This document shows positions 1 to 8,977 of a DNA stretch of 59,683 bases, in pieces. Origin of the DNA: Candidatus Omnitrophota bacterium (GTDB lineage: Bacteria > Omnitrophota > Gorgyraeia > Zapsychrales > Fredricksoniimonadaceae); assembly GCA_015233145.1 (NCBI GenBank), contig JADFYI010000003.1, positions 105,421 through 165,103 on the forward strand, given 5' to 3'. The stretch's first letter is position 1, and every line of letters starts with the position of its first letter. The notes beneath the pieces are model-generated. The model was not told where the DNA came from. It did no database searches and saw only the letters and a list, made by a program, of their open reading frames with translations. The translations under genes and the position numbers were made by a program.

Positions 1-1
1 C

Positions 2-343
2 GATCAGGCTTTAGCAGGGGAGGATTTTACAACCGGGATTGCTCTGCTTCAGAAAACGGAGATTTTGGATTCAAGGGATGTTCAATATCCTTTTGCCTTG
101 GGCGTGGCTTTTATCAAGCTTTACCGCCTTGCCCGCAGCCCTGATCTTATTGATCGCGCTGAAAAAGAATTTTTAGAGGCTGTCCGGCGGTCTCCCCATG
201 CTTACGAGAGTTATTTTATTCTTGCCAAGATTTATGAGTATAAGAAAGATTCCCCCAGGGCGCTTGATTTTTCCCGCCGGGCAGCGTTAGCGTCTCCTTT
301 TGAGTATCAGCGCGACGCACAGTTCATTAAAGGCATTTTTTAA
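2..343 (+). CDS. TPR-like repeat protein, C-terminal fragment (5' end outside window)
   Basis: The frame is open from nt 2, with no stop before the listed TTG at 65. The helical-repeat sequence (AEKEFLEAVRRSPHAYESYFILAKIYEYKKDSPRALDFSRRA) is typical of TPR motifs. Confidence 0.55.
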   Translation, partial: DQALAGEDFTTGIALLQKTEILDSRDVQYPFALGVAFIKLYRLARSPDLIDRAEKEFLEAVRRSPHAYESYFILAKIYEYKKDSPRALDFSRRAALASPFEYQRDAQFIKGIF

Positions 344-405
344 GGTTTTTTTGTTGCGCGGAGAAATAATATTGTTAATATACACTGCTTAAAACGGTAT
401 CTGTT

Positions 406-1002
406 ATGAGTTCTTTTTCTCCAACGGCGCTTGACGGCAAGATCAGTTCTGTTAAGGAAATTTTTCAGAAGCTTGACTGTGACATTGCCCATTTTCGTCG
501 GGTTGCGAAGTTCAGCTGCACTGCGCGTTGCTCTCATTGCTGTGAAAACCATGAGGTCGAGGCTACAGAGCTTGAAATGCTGCCGCTGGCCCGTGAGCTT
601 GTTCGTTTAGGCCAGGCTGAGGAGTGGTACAAAAAAGCCGAGTTGCAGTCTTTTAGCGGTGTATGTGTTTTTTATGATCCCTTAAAAACAGACCCCGGGG
701 CCTGCGCGCAGTATTTGTTTCGGCCGTTGGTTTGCCGGTTGTTTGGATTTGCGGCCAATCCCGACAAATATGGAAAAGCAAGGATGATCGCTTGTTCCTT
801 GATCAAAAAGAATGACGCAAAATATTTTGAAGATGCCGAGGAGTTGATTGCCCGGGGGAAGGCCTATCCGCCCCTCATGTCCGCGTATATGATGCCCCTG
901 GCCCTGATTGACCCTGAAATGACACGGGAACGGCATGTGATCAATAAAGCCTTTAAAAAAGCGAGGGAACGCTTATGGCTTTATGAAAAGTTTGAGTGTT
1001 AA
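406..1002 (+). CDS. YkgJ/UPF0153-type cysteine-cluster protein (putative Fe-S or Zn binding)
   Basis: CTARCSHCCE (CxxCxxCC) motif plus further conserved Cys residues (GVCVFYD, GACAQY, VCRLFG). ATG start. Confidence 0.65.
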   Translation: MSSFSPTALDGKISSVKEIFQKLDCDIAHFRRVAKFSCTARCSHCCENHEVEATELEMLPLARELVRLGQAEEWYKKAELQSFSGVCVFYDPLKTDPGACAQYLFRPLVCRLFGFAANPDKYGKARMIACSLIKKNDAKYFEDAEELIARGKAYPPLMSAYMMPLALIDPEMTRERHVINKAFKKARERLWLYEKFEC

Positions 1003-1013
1003 AGGAGAAAGAT

Positions 1014-2765
1014 ATGCAGTCTTATGATATAAGGGAAAATAAAATTATTTTACGCATCCAGGACCGCGTGTGCGATTCGGCCGAGGAAATTTTATCGAGC
1101 GACCTTTTTCGCGGCATTGTTACCGATGGGGTGAACAAGCTTGTTAAGCGCAAATCTGTGCTTTTGGATGTTTTTGGGAAGAAGGATGTCAGCGGCCAGG
1201 ATATTGACATTTTGATTGAAACGCTCAAATTTTTAACCAAGATGCCGGCCAGCCTTGTGCCTAATGTGGTTCCGGGGGCTGGTGTTCTTTTGAGAAATAC
1301 GACGTTATTTAACGATTTTATTGAGTATTTATATAATTACTGGCGGAGTTTTGACCGTTTTATTATTTCTTCTGATTCCATGGGCCGCAATTGGGACAAA
1401 AGGCCTTACCGCACCTTTAACGAAACCATAGGATTTCTGACCAACCTTATCCGGGGGATGTACCGCGACATTCAGGAAAATGTGACAGGCCAGCATCCGC
1501 GCATTTATCGCCAGGTCGCGGCCGGCGCTGAGGTCTCGACCATTGCCGTTGCAAGGGACATGAAACTTCCCGAGGAGTATCGGGAGCTAAACAAGGTTCC
1601 TTTAATCCGCCAGATGCTGATTTATCCGCCGCTTATCTTGACGCCGCCCATGAATAAACGCTCCGGCCGTTTTGAGCGCGTCGAAGACAATCCGCTCAAA
1701 GGCGTTGATTTTGGCAATGGCGAATGGCTGTGCTATCCGGCAAAAGTGGGAACGCTCATTATTTTGATCTATTTCCATTACAGTTTTGCGGAACTGGGGC
1801 ACTCGCTGTGTAATTTGTTTCAGCTGGCTGAGGATGAGGATTTGGAGCGCGCTCCTGATGCTGTTTACGCATTTGGCGTTCCTGAAAATGCCTTAAGCCG
1901 TTACGAGTGCAAGCAGGTTTTCTTTGACGATGAGAAGAACAATGTTCTTGTCGGGGCGGTTCCCTTAACTGCCGAGTTTGGTTATTTTGGCTACCTTAAG
2001 AAGATGGTTTTGACGCTGCATAACATCATTATGATGAAGCGGGGTATTTTGCCGTTTCACGGCGCTTTGGTGCGCCTTATTTTAAAAGGAAATATTGACC
2101 GGACAATTCTTTTTATCGGCGATACCGGCGCAGGGAAGTCAGAGACCCTGGAGGCGTTACGCGGATTAGGAGAAGAAATCATCCAGGATTTTATTGTCAT
2201 TGCCGATGATATGGGGTCTATCCAGATTTCGCCGGAAGGGAAAATTATCGGGTACGGCACGGAAATCGGCGCGTTTTTAAGGCTCGACGATTTACAGCCG
2301 GGATATGCCCTGGGCCAGATTGACCGCGCTATTATTATGAACGCCAATCAGGTGAATGCGCGCATTATTCTTCCTGTAACGACGTATGACCAGGTCGTTA
2401 AGGGCGAGGAAATTGATTTTATTTTTTATGCCAATAATTATGAGGACATTGATGAAAGTCATCCGATCATCGAGCGTTTTAAGGATGTGGAAAAGGCCTT
2501 GAGTGTTTTTGGCGAAGGCACGGCCATGAGCAAAGGGACGACCACCTCCGTAGGGATTGGCCACACTTATTTTGTGAACCCCTTTGGCCCGGCGCAGTAT
2601 AAGGAATTGCATGATCCCCTGGCCAGGAAATATTTTGAAGCGTTTTTTAAAAATAATGTTTTTGTGGGGCAAATGAGAAGCCGGTTAGGCCTGCCTGGCT
2701 GGGAGCGCAAAGGCCCCCAAGAAGCGGCCCGCGAGCTTTTAAAAGTCCTTCATATAAAAAATTGA
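1014..2765 (+). CDS. Large protein with C-terminal HPr-kinase/phosphorylase-like P-loop domain; N-terminal ~350 aa unassigned
   Basis: The ATG at 1014 lies 6 nt after AAGGAG (1002-1007); the listed GTG at 996 overlaps the previous stop. FHGALVRLILKGNIDRTILFIGDTGAGKSETLEAL...VIADD matches the HprK/P nucleotide-binding core (HG..V..G.G.L..G.SG.GKSE...ADD). Confidence 0.7.
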   Translation: MQSYDIRENKIILRIQDRVCDSAEEILSSDLFRGIVTDGVNKLVKRKSVLLDVFGKKDVSGQDIDILIETLKFLTKMPASLVPNVVPGAGVLLRNTTLFNDFIEYLYNYWRSFDRFIISSDSMGRNWDKRPYRTFNETIGFLTNLIRGMYRDIQENVTGQHPRIYRQVAAGAEVSTIAVARDMKLPEEYRELNKVPLIRQMLIYPPLILTPPMNKRSGRFERVEDNPLKGVDFGNGEWLCYPAKVGTLIILIYFHYSFAELGHSLCNLFQLAEDEDLERAPDAVYAFGVPENALSRYECKQVFFDDEKNNVLVGAVPLTAEFGYFGYLKKMVLTLHNIIMMKRGILPFHGALVRLILKGNIDRTILFIGDTGAGKSETLEALRGLGEEIIQDFIVIADDMGSIQISPEGKIIGYGTEIGAFLRLDDLQPGYALGQIDRAIIMNANQVNARIILPVTTYDQVVKGEEIDFIFYANNYEDIDESHPIIERFKDVEKALSVFGEGTAMSKGTTTSVGIGHTYFVNPFGPAQYKELHDPLARKYFEAFFKNNVFVGQMRSRLGLPGWERKGPQEAARELLKVLHIKN

Positions 2766-2805
2766 TTGTTGTAATGGGGGTCTTTGCTGCCCGACAAATG
2801 AGTGT

Positions 2806-3399
2806 ATGAAAAGAATCATTCTTTGTCTAATGCTCATGGGGTGTGTTATGGTCAATGCCTCTGCCCAGGGGGACGCGAAGAATTTGAAAACTGCCATCTT
2901 TGCGGGTGGTTGCTTTTGGTGTATGCAGCCGCCGTATGACAAACTTCCTGGTGTTATATCAACCACAGTCGGCTATACGGGCGGCGCAAAGCCAAACCCT
3001 TCTTATGAAGAAGTTTCAAGCGGCAAAACCGGCCACCTTGAAGCGGTTCAGGTTCTTTATGATTCCTCAAAGACATCTTATCGGGACCTTTTAAAGGTTT
3101 TTTGGCTGAGTATTGACCCCACTGATCCCAGGGGCCAGTTTGCGGATCAGGGAAGCCAGTATGAAACCGCGATTTTTTATGCTGACGAAGAACAAAAACG
3201 CCTGGCTGAAGAATCGAGACAAGAGCTTGCCGCTTCAGGCCGTTTTTCCAAACCCATTGTGACGCAAATTCTTCTAGCCAGGCCTTTTTATCCGGCCGAA
3301 CAGTATCATCAAAAATATTACCAGAAAAATTCTTTGCACTACAACTTGTACCGGCAAGGCTCCGGGCGCGAAGGTTATCTGGAACGTGTCTGGAAATAA
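2806..3399 (+). CDS. msrA: Peptide-methionine (S)-S-oxide reductase MsrA, with signal peptide
   Basis: GGCFWCMQPPYDKLPGVISTTVGYTGG...NPSYEEVSSGKTGHLEAVQVLYD is the MsrA signature. Hydrophobic N-terminus MKRIILCLMLMGCVMVNASA. Confidence 0.9.
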   Translation: MKRIILCLMLMGCVMVNASAQGDAKNLKTAIFAGGCFWCMQPPYDKLPGVISTTVGYTGGAKPNPSYEEVSSGKTGHLEAVQVLYDSSKTSYRDLLKVFWLSIDPTDPRGQFADQGSQYETAIFYADEEQKRLAEESRQELAASGRFSKPIVTQILLARPFYPAEQYHQKYYQKNSLHYNLYRQGSGREGYLERVWK

Positions 3400-3452
3400 A
3401 AACAAGAGCAAAACGTTAGCGCCCACCATCTTTTTTCGTTACAATAATTTTC

Positions 3453-4319
3453 ATGTGGTTACTGTTGTCGTTTCTTACAGCCGTATGCACCTCGGGGCAG
3501 GACATTCTTTCCAAGCGGGTGTCAGGGCAAGTCAGCCCTTATGTGACGGCCTGGGCAGTTAGCTTTTTTTCCCTTCCATTTCTAGCGGTCTTCTTTTTAT
3601 GGGAAAAACCAGTGGTCTTGTCTGCGCAATTCTGGCCGGCGCTTCTTGCGTCTACCGTGATTCTTACGGTTTCTTCCATCTTCTTTTTTAAGTCTATTGA
3701 AAATTCCGACCTTTCACTGACCATACCTCTTTTGAGTTTTACGCCGCTTTTGCTTTTACTCACCTCACCGATCATGTTAGGAGAGTTCCCGCGTCCTTGG
3801 GGAATTGTGGGCATGGTTTTGATTGTCAGTGGTTCGTACGTTCTTTTTTATCATCCTGAGCAGGAGGATATCCTGGCGCCTTTTCGCCGCCTTTTGAAAG
3901 CCCGCGGAAGCCGTTATATGGTTATTGTGGCCATTCTTTATAGTATTGGGGCTAATGTGGATAAGATCGGGATGCGAAATTCTTCTCCCTTGATATGGAG
4001 TATTTATTTGAATGCGGCTGTTTCTTTTTTTCTTGGCGTTATTATGTTGAATAAAGTGCCTGATGCCCAAAAACAGGTGCAAAAAAGCTGGCCATGGCTT
4101 TTAGGCATTGGGTGTTGTATGGCGCTGGTCATGATGTTTCAGATGTATGCCCTTAAGTTGACGATTGTTCCTTATGTGATTGCCATTAAACGAACCAGTA
4201 TTATCATGACATCTTTGTGGGGGGTGTGGTTTTTGAAGGAAAAAGGCGATCGCCAAAGGGTTTGGGCTGTAGCACTTATGGTGGTTGGGGTATTTGTGAT
4301 CTCATTCAGTAATTCCTGA
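3453..4319 (+). CDS. EamA/DMT-family transporter (10-TM type)
   Basis: Polytopic hydrophobic protein of ~288 aa with two similar halves, typical of the drug/metabolite transporter superfamily. Confidence 0.6.
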   Translation: MWLLLSFLTAVCTSGQDILSKRVSGQVSPYVTAWAVSFFSLPFLAVFFLWEKPVVLSAQFWPALLASTVILTVSSIFFFKSIENSDLSLTIPLLSFTPLLLLLTSPIMLGEFPRPWGIVGMVLIVSGSYVLFYHPEQEDILAPFRRLLKARGSRYMVIVAILYSIGANVDKIGMRNSSPLIWSIYLNAAVSFFLGVIMLNKVPDAQKQVQKSWPWLLGIGCCMALVMMFQMYALKLTIVPYVIAIKRTSIIMTSLWGVWFLKEKGDRQRVWAVALMVVGVFVISFSNS

Positions 4320-4419
4320 GAAAAATATTTAAAAATGTTTTACTTTAGGATTTCGATGTATAATAACTCTGTTTTTATGATTGAGGTGTGAAGAGAAACC
4401 TATTACAAGGAGGGGGAGT

Positions 4420-5103
4420 ATGATAACAGGATGGCATCAGGTAATCATTGAACCGGTCAAGACAATGCTTAATTCTGTTGCGGAATTTATCCCGCAGATG
4501 TTAGGTGCGCTCTTGATTCTTTTGGTGGGCTGGATTGTTGCCAAGGTTTTGGCAGGACTGTTCCAGAAAATTCTGGATCAACTTAAGTTTAATGAGTTTG
4601 CGGCAAAAATTGGGTTGGCAGACCTTCTTATCAAGGGCAATGTGGGGCCGTCAGCTGCTAACCTTTTAAGCGGACTGCTTTATTGGGCCTTGATGATTGT
4701 TGTATTTGCCATTACTGTTGATTCTATTGGCCTTACTGTGGCCGCCAAGCTGCTGGAAAAGGTGACATCTTATATCCCCAATGTTGTTTCTGCGGTCTTT
4801 GTGGCGTTGGTGGGTATGTTTTTGGCAAATCTGATTTCCGGTATTATTAAAGCAACAGCAGCTAATGCCAATGTTAATCGTCCCGAATTTTTGGGAAGCA
4901 TTGCCAAGGGCGCTATTCTGGTTTTTGCGACAGTGATGGCTCTTGATCAGCTGAATATTTCCACTTTCTTTGTGAGCACAACGTTTCAGATTTTCTTTGC
5001 TGCTGTTTGTTTTGCTTTGGCCCTCGCTTTTGGCCTTGGCGGGAAAGATTTGGCGGCAAAGCTTCTCTGGGATTTTTATAATAAGCAGAATGTGAATAAA
5101 TAA
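4420..5103 (+). CDS. Membrane protein with conserved TM-helix repeats (mechanosensitive-channel-associated type)
   Basis: The ATG at 4420 follows AGGAGGGGGAG; the listed TTG at 4381 is unlikely. Repeated hydrophobic helices flanked by charged loops. Intrinsic terminator downstream. Confidence 0.55.
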   Translation: MITGWHQVIIEPVKTMLNSVAEFIPQMLGALLILLVGWIVAKVLAGLFQKILDQLKFNEFAAKIGLADLLIKGNVGPSAANLLSGLLYWALMIVVFAITVDSIGLTVAAKLLEKVTSYIPNVVSAVFVALVGMFLANLISGIIKATAANANVNRPEFLGSIAKGAILVFATVMALDQLNISTFFVSTTFQIFFAAVCFALALAFGLGGKDLAAKLLWDFYNKQNVNK

Positions 5104-5133
5104 ATAGTTTGAAAGAGGAAGCAGGTTTTATTA

Positions 5134-5177
5134 AGAAACGCAGATCTATAGTTTTTAAATCTGCGTTTCTTTTTTTG
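5134..5177 (+). terminator. Rho-independent terminator
   Basis: AGAAACGCAGAT (5134-5145) pairs with ATCTGCGTTTCT (5159-5170), followed by a T-run. Confidence 0.8.
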
Positions 5178-5270
5178 TAATGATGAAACTTTTTTAAGTC
5201 AGGGCGTGTCTAATGGTCATAAGGGCCATAAAGACATTCCTATATCTAAAAATAATAAACAGGAGGTTGT

Positions 5271-5531
5271 ATGAAGAAGTCGGGTTTAGCGTTAGGGGCA
5301 GTGATTGTTTTAACAGGGGTTTTTGCTTTGGCGTCCATTCCAAGCGTTTATGCTGCAGAAGCTGCGGTTCAGACGAATAGCGCAGTAGCTGCTTCTGATA
5401 CCATGGCTCCTACCGTGAAGCCCGCTCATAAGAAGAGTAAGGGGCATAAGAAGTCAGAGAAAAAGCATCACAAAAAGGTGGAAAAGACTTCTGATACAAC
5501 AACGCCTGTGACGACTAACGCTGTAAAATAG
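5271..5531 (+). CDS. Small secreted Lys/His-rich protein
   Basis: Strong RBS (CAGGAGG), signal peptide MKKSGLALGAVIVLTGVFALASIPSVYA, and a basic low-complexity centre (KKSKGHKKSEKKHHKK). Confidence 0.6.
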   Translation: MKKSGLALGAVIVLTGVFALASIPSVYAAEAAVQTNSAVAASDTMAPTVKPAHKKSKGHKKSEKKHHKKVEKTSDTTTPVTTNAVK

Positions 5532-5641
5532 TCGTTTGAAAGAATAATCAGAGCCAGGGATGATGTGGCAGTGAATACTTTTCAAAGTATCCATTTGCTT
5601 TTTATTCCTGGCTTTTTTTATTTTTTAAGGATAATAATGTC

Positions 5642-7795
5642 ATGCCTTCTTATTGCGTTTTTGCATTAATATTAGGATTTTCTTCCGCCATCTCGCAGAT
5701 TTTGATTTTTCGAGAGCTTATTACCTCCCTTTATGGCAATGAATTGATTTTTGCAGGGCTTATGTCGGCGTGGTTTTTAGGCATTGCCCTGGGAAGTTTT
5801 TTGTTTAAGGCCTTTTCCGTCTGGCTGAAAGGGCGCGGGGCCGTGTCTGTGCTCATGGCCTTAGCGGGCGTCCTTCTTTTTGCGACACTTCTTGTGGCAC
5901 GAATCCTCCGCACTGTTTTAGGCTGGCCTGTGGGGCAGGTTTTAGACATTTTTCCGTTGCTGGGAGTTTCTTTCCTTTTGATTCTTCCGTTAACCATGGT
6001 GTGGGGCAGCCTTTACGCGGCGCTGGTGCGCTGGGCAGGGGAAAAGTCTTCAGGCGTTTCCGGAAAGATTTACGCATGGGAAGCCCTGGGGTTTGTTTTT
6101 GGCGGCGCTGTTATTTGCGTGGCGCTGCCTTTTGTCAAAGCAATGGATATTGCTTTTGCCGTCTTGCTATTGCATGTTTGTGTTGTTTTTCATCGTTGGA
6201 GTTTGGGATTGCCGGTTATTCTTTGTGCGGCATTGATTTTTGTTTTTACAGGGGCTGGCGCCAGGATTGACCGCTGGAGCCGCAATGTCCAGTGGCAGGG
6301 TTTTGAGGTTGTTGCGGTCAGGGATTCGCTTTATGGCAACCTTGCGGTTGTGGAGCGAAACAAGGAACGGAGCCTGTTTGACAACGGCCTTTTAAGCGGA
6401 ACCACCCATGATGCCTTAACCAGCGAAGAGAGCGTTCATTATGCCCTTTTGGCTGAGGAGTCTGTACATCAGGTTTTGCTGTTGGGGGGAGGGGCTTCAG
6501 GAAGTGTGGCAGAGGTTTTGAAATATCCGGGTGTCTCTCTTGACAGTGTTGAGCGCGATCCTGTGGTGATTCAACTGTTGCCATGGCTTTCACAAGGCCT
6601 TAACAATGAGCGCGTCCATTATTGGGCTATGGACGGCCGGCGTTTTGTGCGCTCGACATCAAAAACGTATGATGTGATTATTGTGAATTTATCCGACCCT
6701 TTGACGCTTCTGGTGAACCGCTATTTTACAAAAGAGTTTCTTGAGGATGCGCAGCGTATTCTATCTCCTCAGGGCATCCTGGCGCTCAGTGTCACAGGTT
6801 CTGAAAATTACGTTAATGGCGAAGGCCGGGCATTTTTATCGTCCATTCGCATGACTTTGGGAAGTGTGTTTAAGGAGGTTCGGGTCATTCCGGGTGAGCG
6901 TTATATTTTTCTGGCCGCCTCCACACCGGGAAGCGTTTCGATAGCCCCTGAGATCCTTTCAGCCAGGCTCAAGGCAAGGGGGGTACAAACACAGTATGTC
7001 AGGGATTATTATTTTAAATTTCGCCTGGACCCTGAGCGTTTAAAAGAAGCCGAAGGCATTGTGAGCGCTTCTCCCGGTGTTAACAGTGACTCAAAGCCTT
7101 TGACATTCCTTTTAGGGTTGGGGTATTGGTCTACGCATTTTAACGGAACATTTTCAAAAATGATTCATGCCTTTGAAAGGTTTTCTTTTTTTCTGCTTTT
7201 TTTGCCGCTTTTGCTTTGGATGGCAGGCCGCCTCGGGGCGCGTTCTCCGTCAAAAATCGCAGGGATAGCCCTTTTCAGCGCAGGCTTGACGCAAATGGCG
7301 TTGCAAACAGGGATTGTGCTTTTGTTTCAATCTGTTTACGGGTTTGTTTACAGCATGCTTGGGCTTTTGACAGCAGCTTTTATGTTAGGGGTGTTTGGGG
7401 CCTGCCGCTGGCATGAGCATGACAACGGTGAGGCCGGAAGATTTTTTTCTTTCACCCAGGCCAGCGCTGTTGTCGTGGCCATTGTTGCGGCCATGGGCAG
7501 TATCGGGGTTGAACAATGGAACGGCATGACAGCGGTCCTTTTTTTTATTGTGATGCCGTTTTTAACCGGATGGGTGGGTGGGTGCCAGTTTGCCGCAGCA
7601 GCCCGGCTTGTGGGAGATGAACATGCGGCCTGGGTTTACGGCGTTGAGGTTTTGGGCGCGTTTTTCGGGGTTTTTGTTATGGGAATCTTTTTGATTCCTT
7701 TGTGGGGAGTTTCCAGCGTCTTTTTATTTTCCGCACTCATGAGTTTTTCAGTCTGGGCCCTGGCACAGATTTATCCGGCCAAATCATCGGCCTGA
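5642..7795 (+). CDS. Spermidine-synthase-like aminopropyl/methyltransferase fold fused between two polytopic membrane domains
   Basis: The central soluble domain has VLLLGGGASGSVAEVL (SAM/dcSAM Gly-rich loop) and YDVIIVNLSDP...YFTKEFLEDAQRILSPQGILAL, as in SpeE-like proteins. It is flanked by multiple TM helices. Confidence 0.7.
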   Translation: MPSYCVFALILGFSSAISQILIFRELITSLYGNELIFAGLMSAWFLGIALGSFLFKAFSVWLKGRGAVSVLMALAGVLLFATLLVARILRTVLGWPVGQVLDIFPLLGVSFLLILPLTMVWGSLYAALVRWAGEKSSGVSGKIYAWEALGFVFGGAVICVALPFVKAMDIAFAVLLLHVCVVFHRWSLGLPVILCAALIFVFTGAGARIDRWSRNVQWQGFEVVAVRDSLYGNLAVVERNKERSLFDNGLLSGTTHDALTSEESVHYALLAEESVHQVLLLGGGASGSVAEVLKYPGVSLDSVERDPVVIQLLPWLSQGLNNERVHYWAMDGRRFVRSTSKTYDVIIVNLSDPLTLLVNRYFTKEFLEDAQRILSPQGILALSVTGSENYVNGEGRAFLSSIRMTLGSVFKEVRVIPGERYIFLAASTPGSVSIAPEILSARLKARGVQTQYVRDYYFKFRLDPERLKEAEGIVSASPGVNSDSKPLTFLLGLGYWSTHFNGTFSKMIHAFERFSFFLLFLPLLLWMAGRLGARSPSKIAGIALFSAGLTQMALQTGIVLLFQSVYGFVYSMLGLLTAAFMLGVFGACRWHEHDNGEAGRFFSFTQASAVVVAIVAAMGSIGVEQWNGMTAVLFFIVMPFLTGWVGGCQFAAAARLVGDEHAAWVYGVEVLGAFFGVFVMGIFLIPLWGVSSVFLFSALMSFSVWALAQIYPAKSSA

Positions 7796-7923
7796 CGGTA
7801 AAAACTGGCTTCTTTAAGGCTGTGGTCAAGTTTTTCTCCAAAAGAAAAAAGTTTCGTGACGCGGGCCAAAAAAATCCCGGCAATCCCAAGCGCGCAGAAT
7901 TTCAAAAAATCACGGCGTTTCAT
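7771..7923 (-). CDS. 50-aa mini-ORF with twin-arginine signal; possible remnant of a radical-SAM paralogue N-terminus
   Basis: Manual translation: MKRRDFLKFCALGIAGIFLARVTKLFSFGEKLDHSLKEASFYRQADDLAG*. AAGGA lies 6-7 nt upstream of the ATG. It is below the ORF-track size cut-off and overlaps the 3' end of the convergent gene by 25 nt. Confidence 0.3.
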   Translation of the reverse strand: MKRRDFLKFCALGIAGIFLARVTKLFSFGEKLDHSLKEASFYRQADDLAG

Positions 7924-8002
7924 AAACGATCCTTTTATTGTTTTGATTTCTTTGTATCAATGGCGGATAAGTTTTTCCGGCGTCCGTAATACAAAGCAAC
8001 CA

Positions 8003-8977
8003 TTATCGCCATATTCCCGGTATTTGTGTCCCGCAGTATTCGCATTTTCCGTCAATCACATGATTTTCAGTGACTTCAAAGCCCTGGCGCCCGATCAAAA
8101 GTTTTCCATCATTGGGGCAGTAGGTGTTATTGCCGGGATGGCTGGGCACATTTCCCACATAAACGTAATGCAAGCCCTCTTCTTTGGCAATGTCCCAGGC
8201 CCTGGTCAGGGTTTCAACCGGTGTCGGCGGTAAATTTTGCAGTTTATGCAAAGGCCAGAAACGCGAAAAATGCAGCGGCATATCTGCTCCGCCATTTTGA
8301 AGTATCCAGCGGCAAAGACTTCGGATGTCTTTTTCACTGTCATTCAACGTTGGGACAAGGAGGTTTGTGATTTCAACCCACAGCCCCATTTTTTTCATGG
8401 TGACAACGCAATCCAGGACAGGTTTAAGCGTGGCCTCGGACATGTTGCGGTAAAAATCATCACTCATGCTTTTAATGTCCACATTAGCCGCGTGTATGAC
8501 TTTACATAGTTCCACAAGGGGTTTTTGTTCAATATACCCGGCGGTCACAAGCACATTGAGAAGCCCCTGTTTTTGGGCAAGGCTTGAGGTGTCGTAAGTG
8601 TATTCGTAAAAAACAACCGGATCCGAGTAGGTATAGGCAATGGAACGGCAGTTGTGGGCCATGGCCTGGCGCACGACTTCCTCAGGAGGAAGGTCCATAT
8701 TTTGGGTTTCTTCAGGCGGACGCTGGGAGATTTCCCAGTTCTGGCAGAATTTGCAGTGGAGATTGCATCCGGCCGTGGCAATGGAAAAAGCACTACTTCC
8801 CGGGAGGATATGGAAAAATGGTTTTTTTTCAATGGGATCAATATGCACGGCGCAGGGTTTTCCGTAAACCAGAGAATAGAGTTTTCCTCCCACGTTTGTG
8901 CGGATACGGCAATTACCCCGGCCGCCTTCTTCAATCCGGCAATGACGGGGACAAAGTTCACATTCAACTTTTTTCAT
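8003..8977 (-). CDS. AmmeMemoRadiSam-type radical SAM enzyme (PFL-activase-like)
   Basis: CELCPRHCRIEEGGRGNCRIRTNVGGKLYSLVYGKPCAVHIDPIEKKPF and the cluster motif GCNLHCKFCQNWEISQ. The ATG at 8977 is preceded by GGAAGG. The longer ORF to 9028 has no supporting motif. Confidence 0.85.
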   Translation of the reverse strand: MKKVECELCPRHCRIEEGGRGNCRIRTNVGGKLYSLVYGKPCAVHIDPIEKKPFFHILPGSSAFSIATAGCNLHCKFCQNWEISQRPPEETQNMDLPPEEVVRQAMAHNCRSIAYTYSDPVVFYEYTYDTSSLAQKQGLLNVLVTAGYIEQKPLVELCKVIHAANVDIKSMSDDFYRNMSEATLKPVLDCVVTMKKMGLWVEITNLLVPTLNDSEKDIRSLCRWILQNGGADMPLHFSRFWPLHKLQNLPPTPVETLTRAWDIAKEEGLHYVYVGNVPSHPGNNTYCPNDGKLLIGRQGFEVTENHVIDGKCEYCGTQIPGIWR

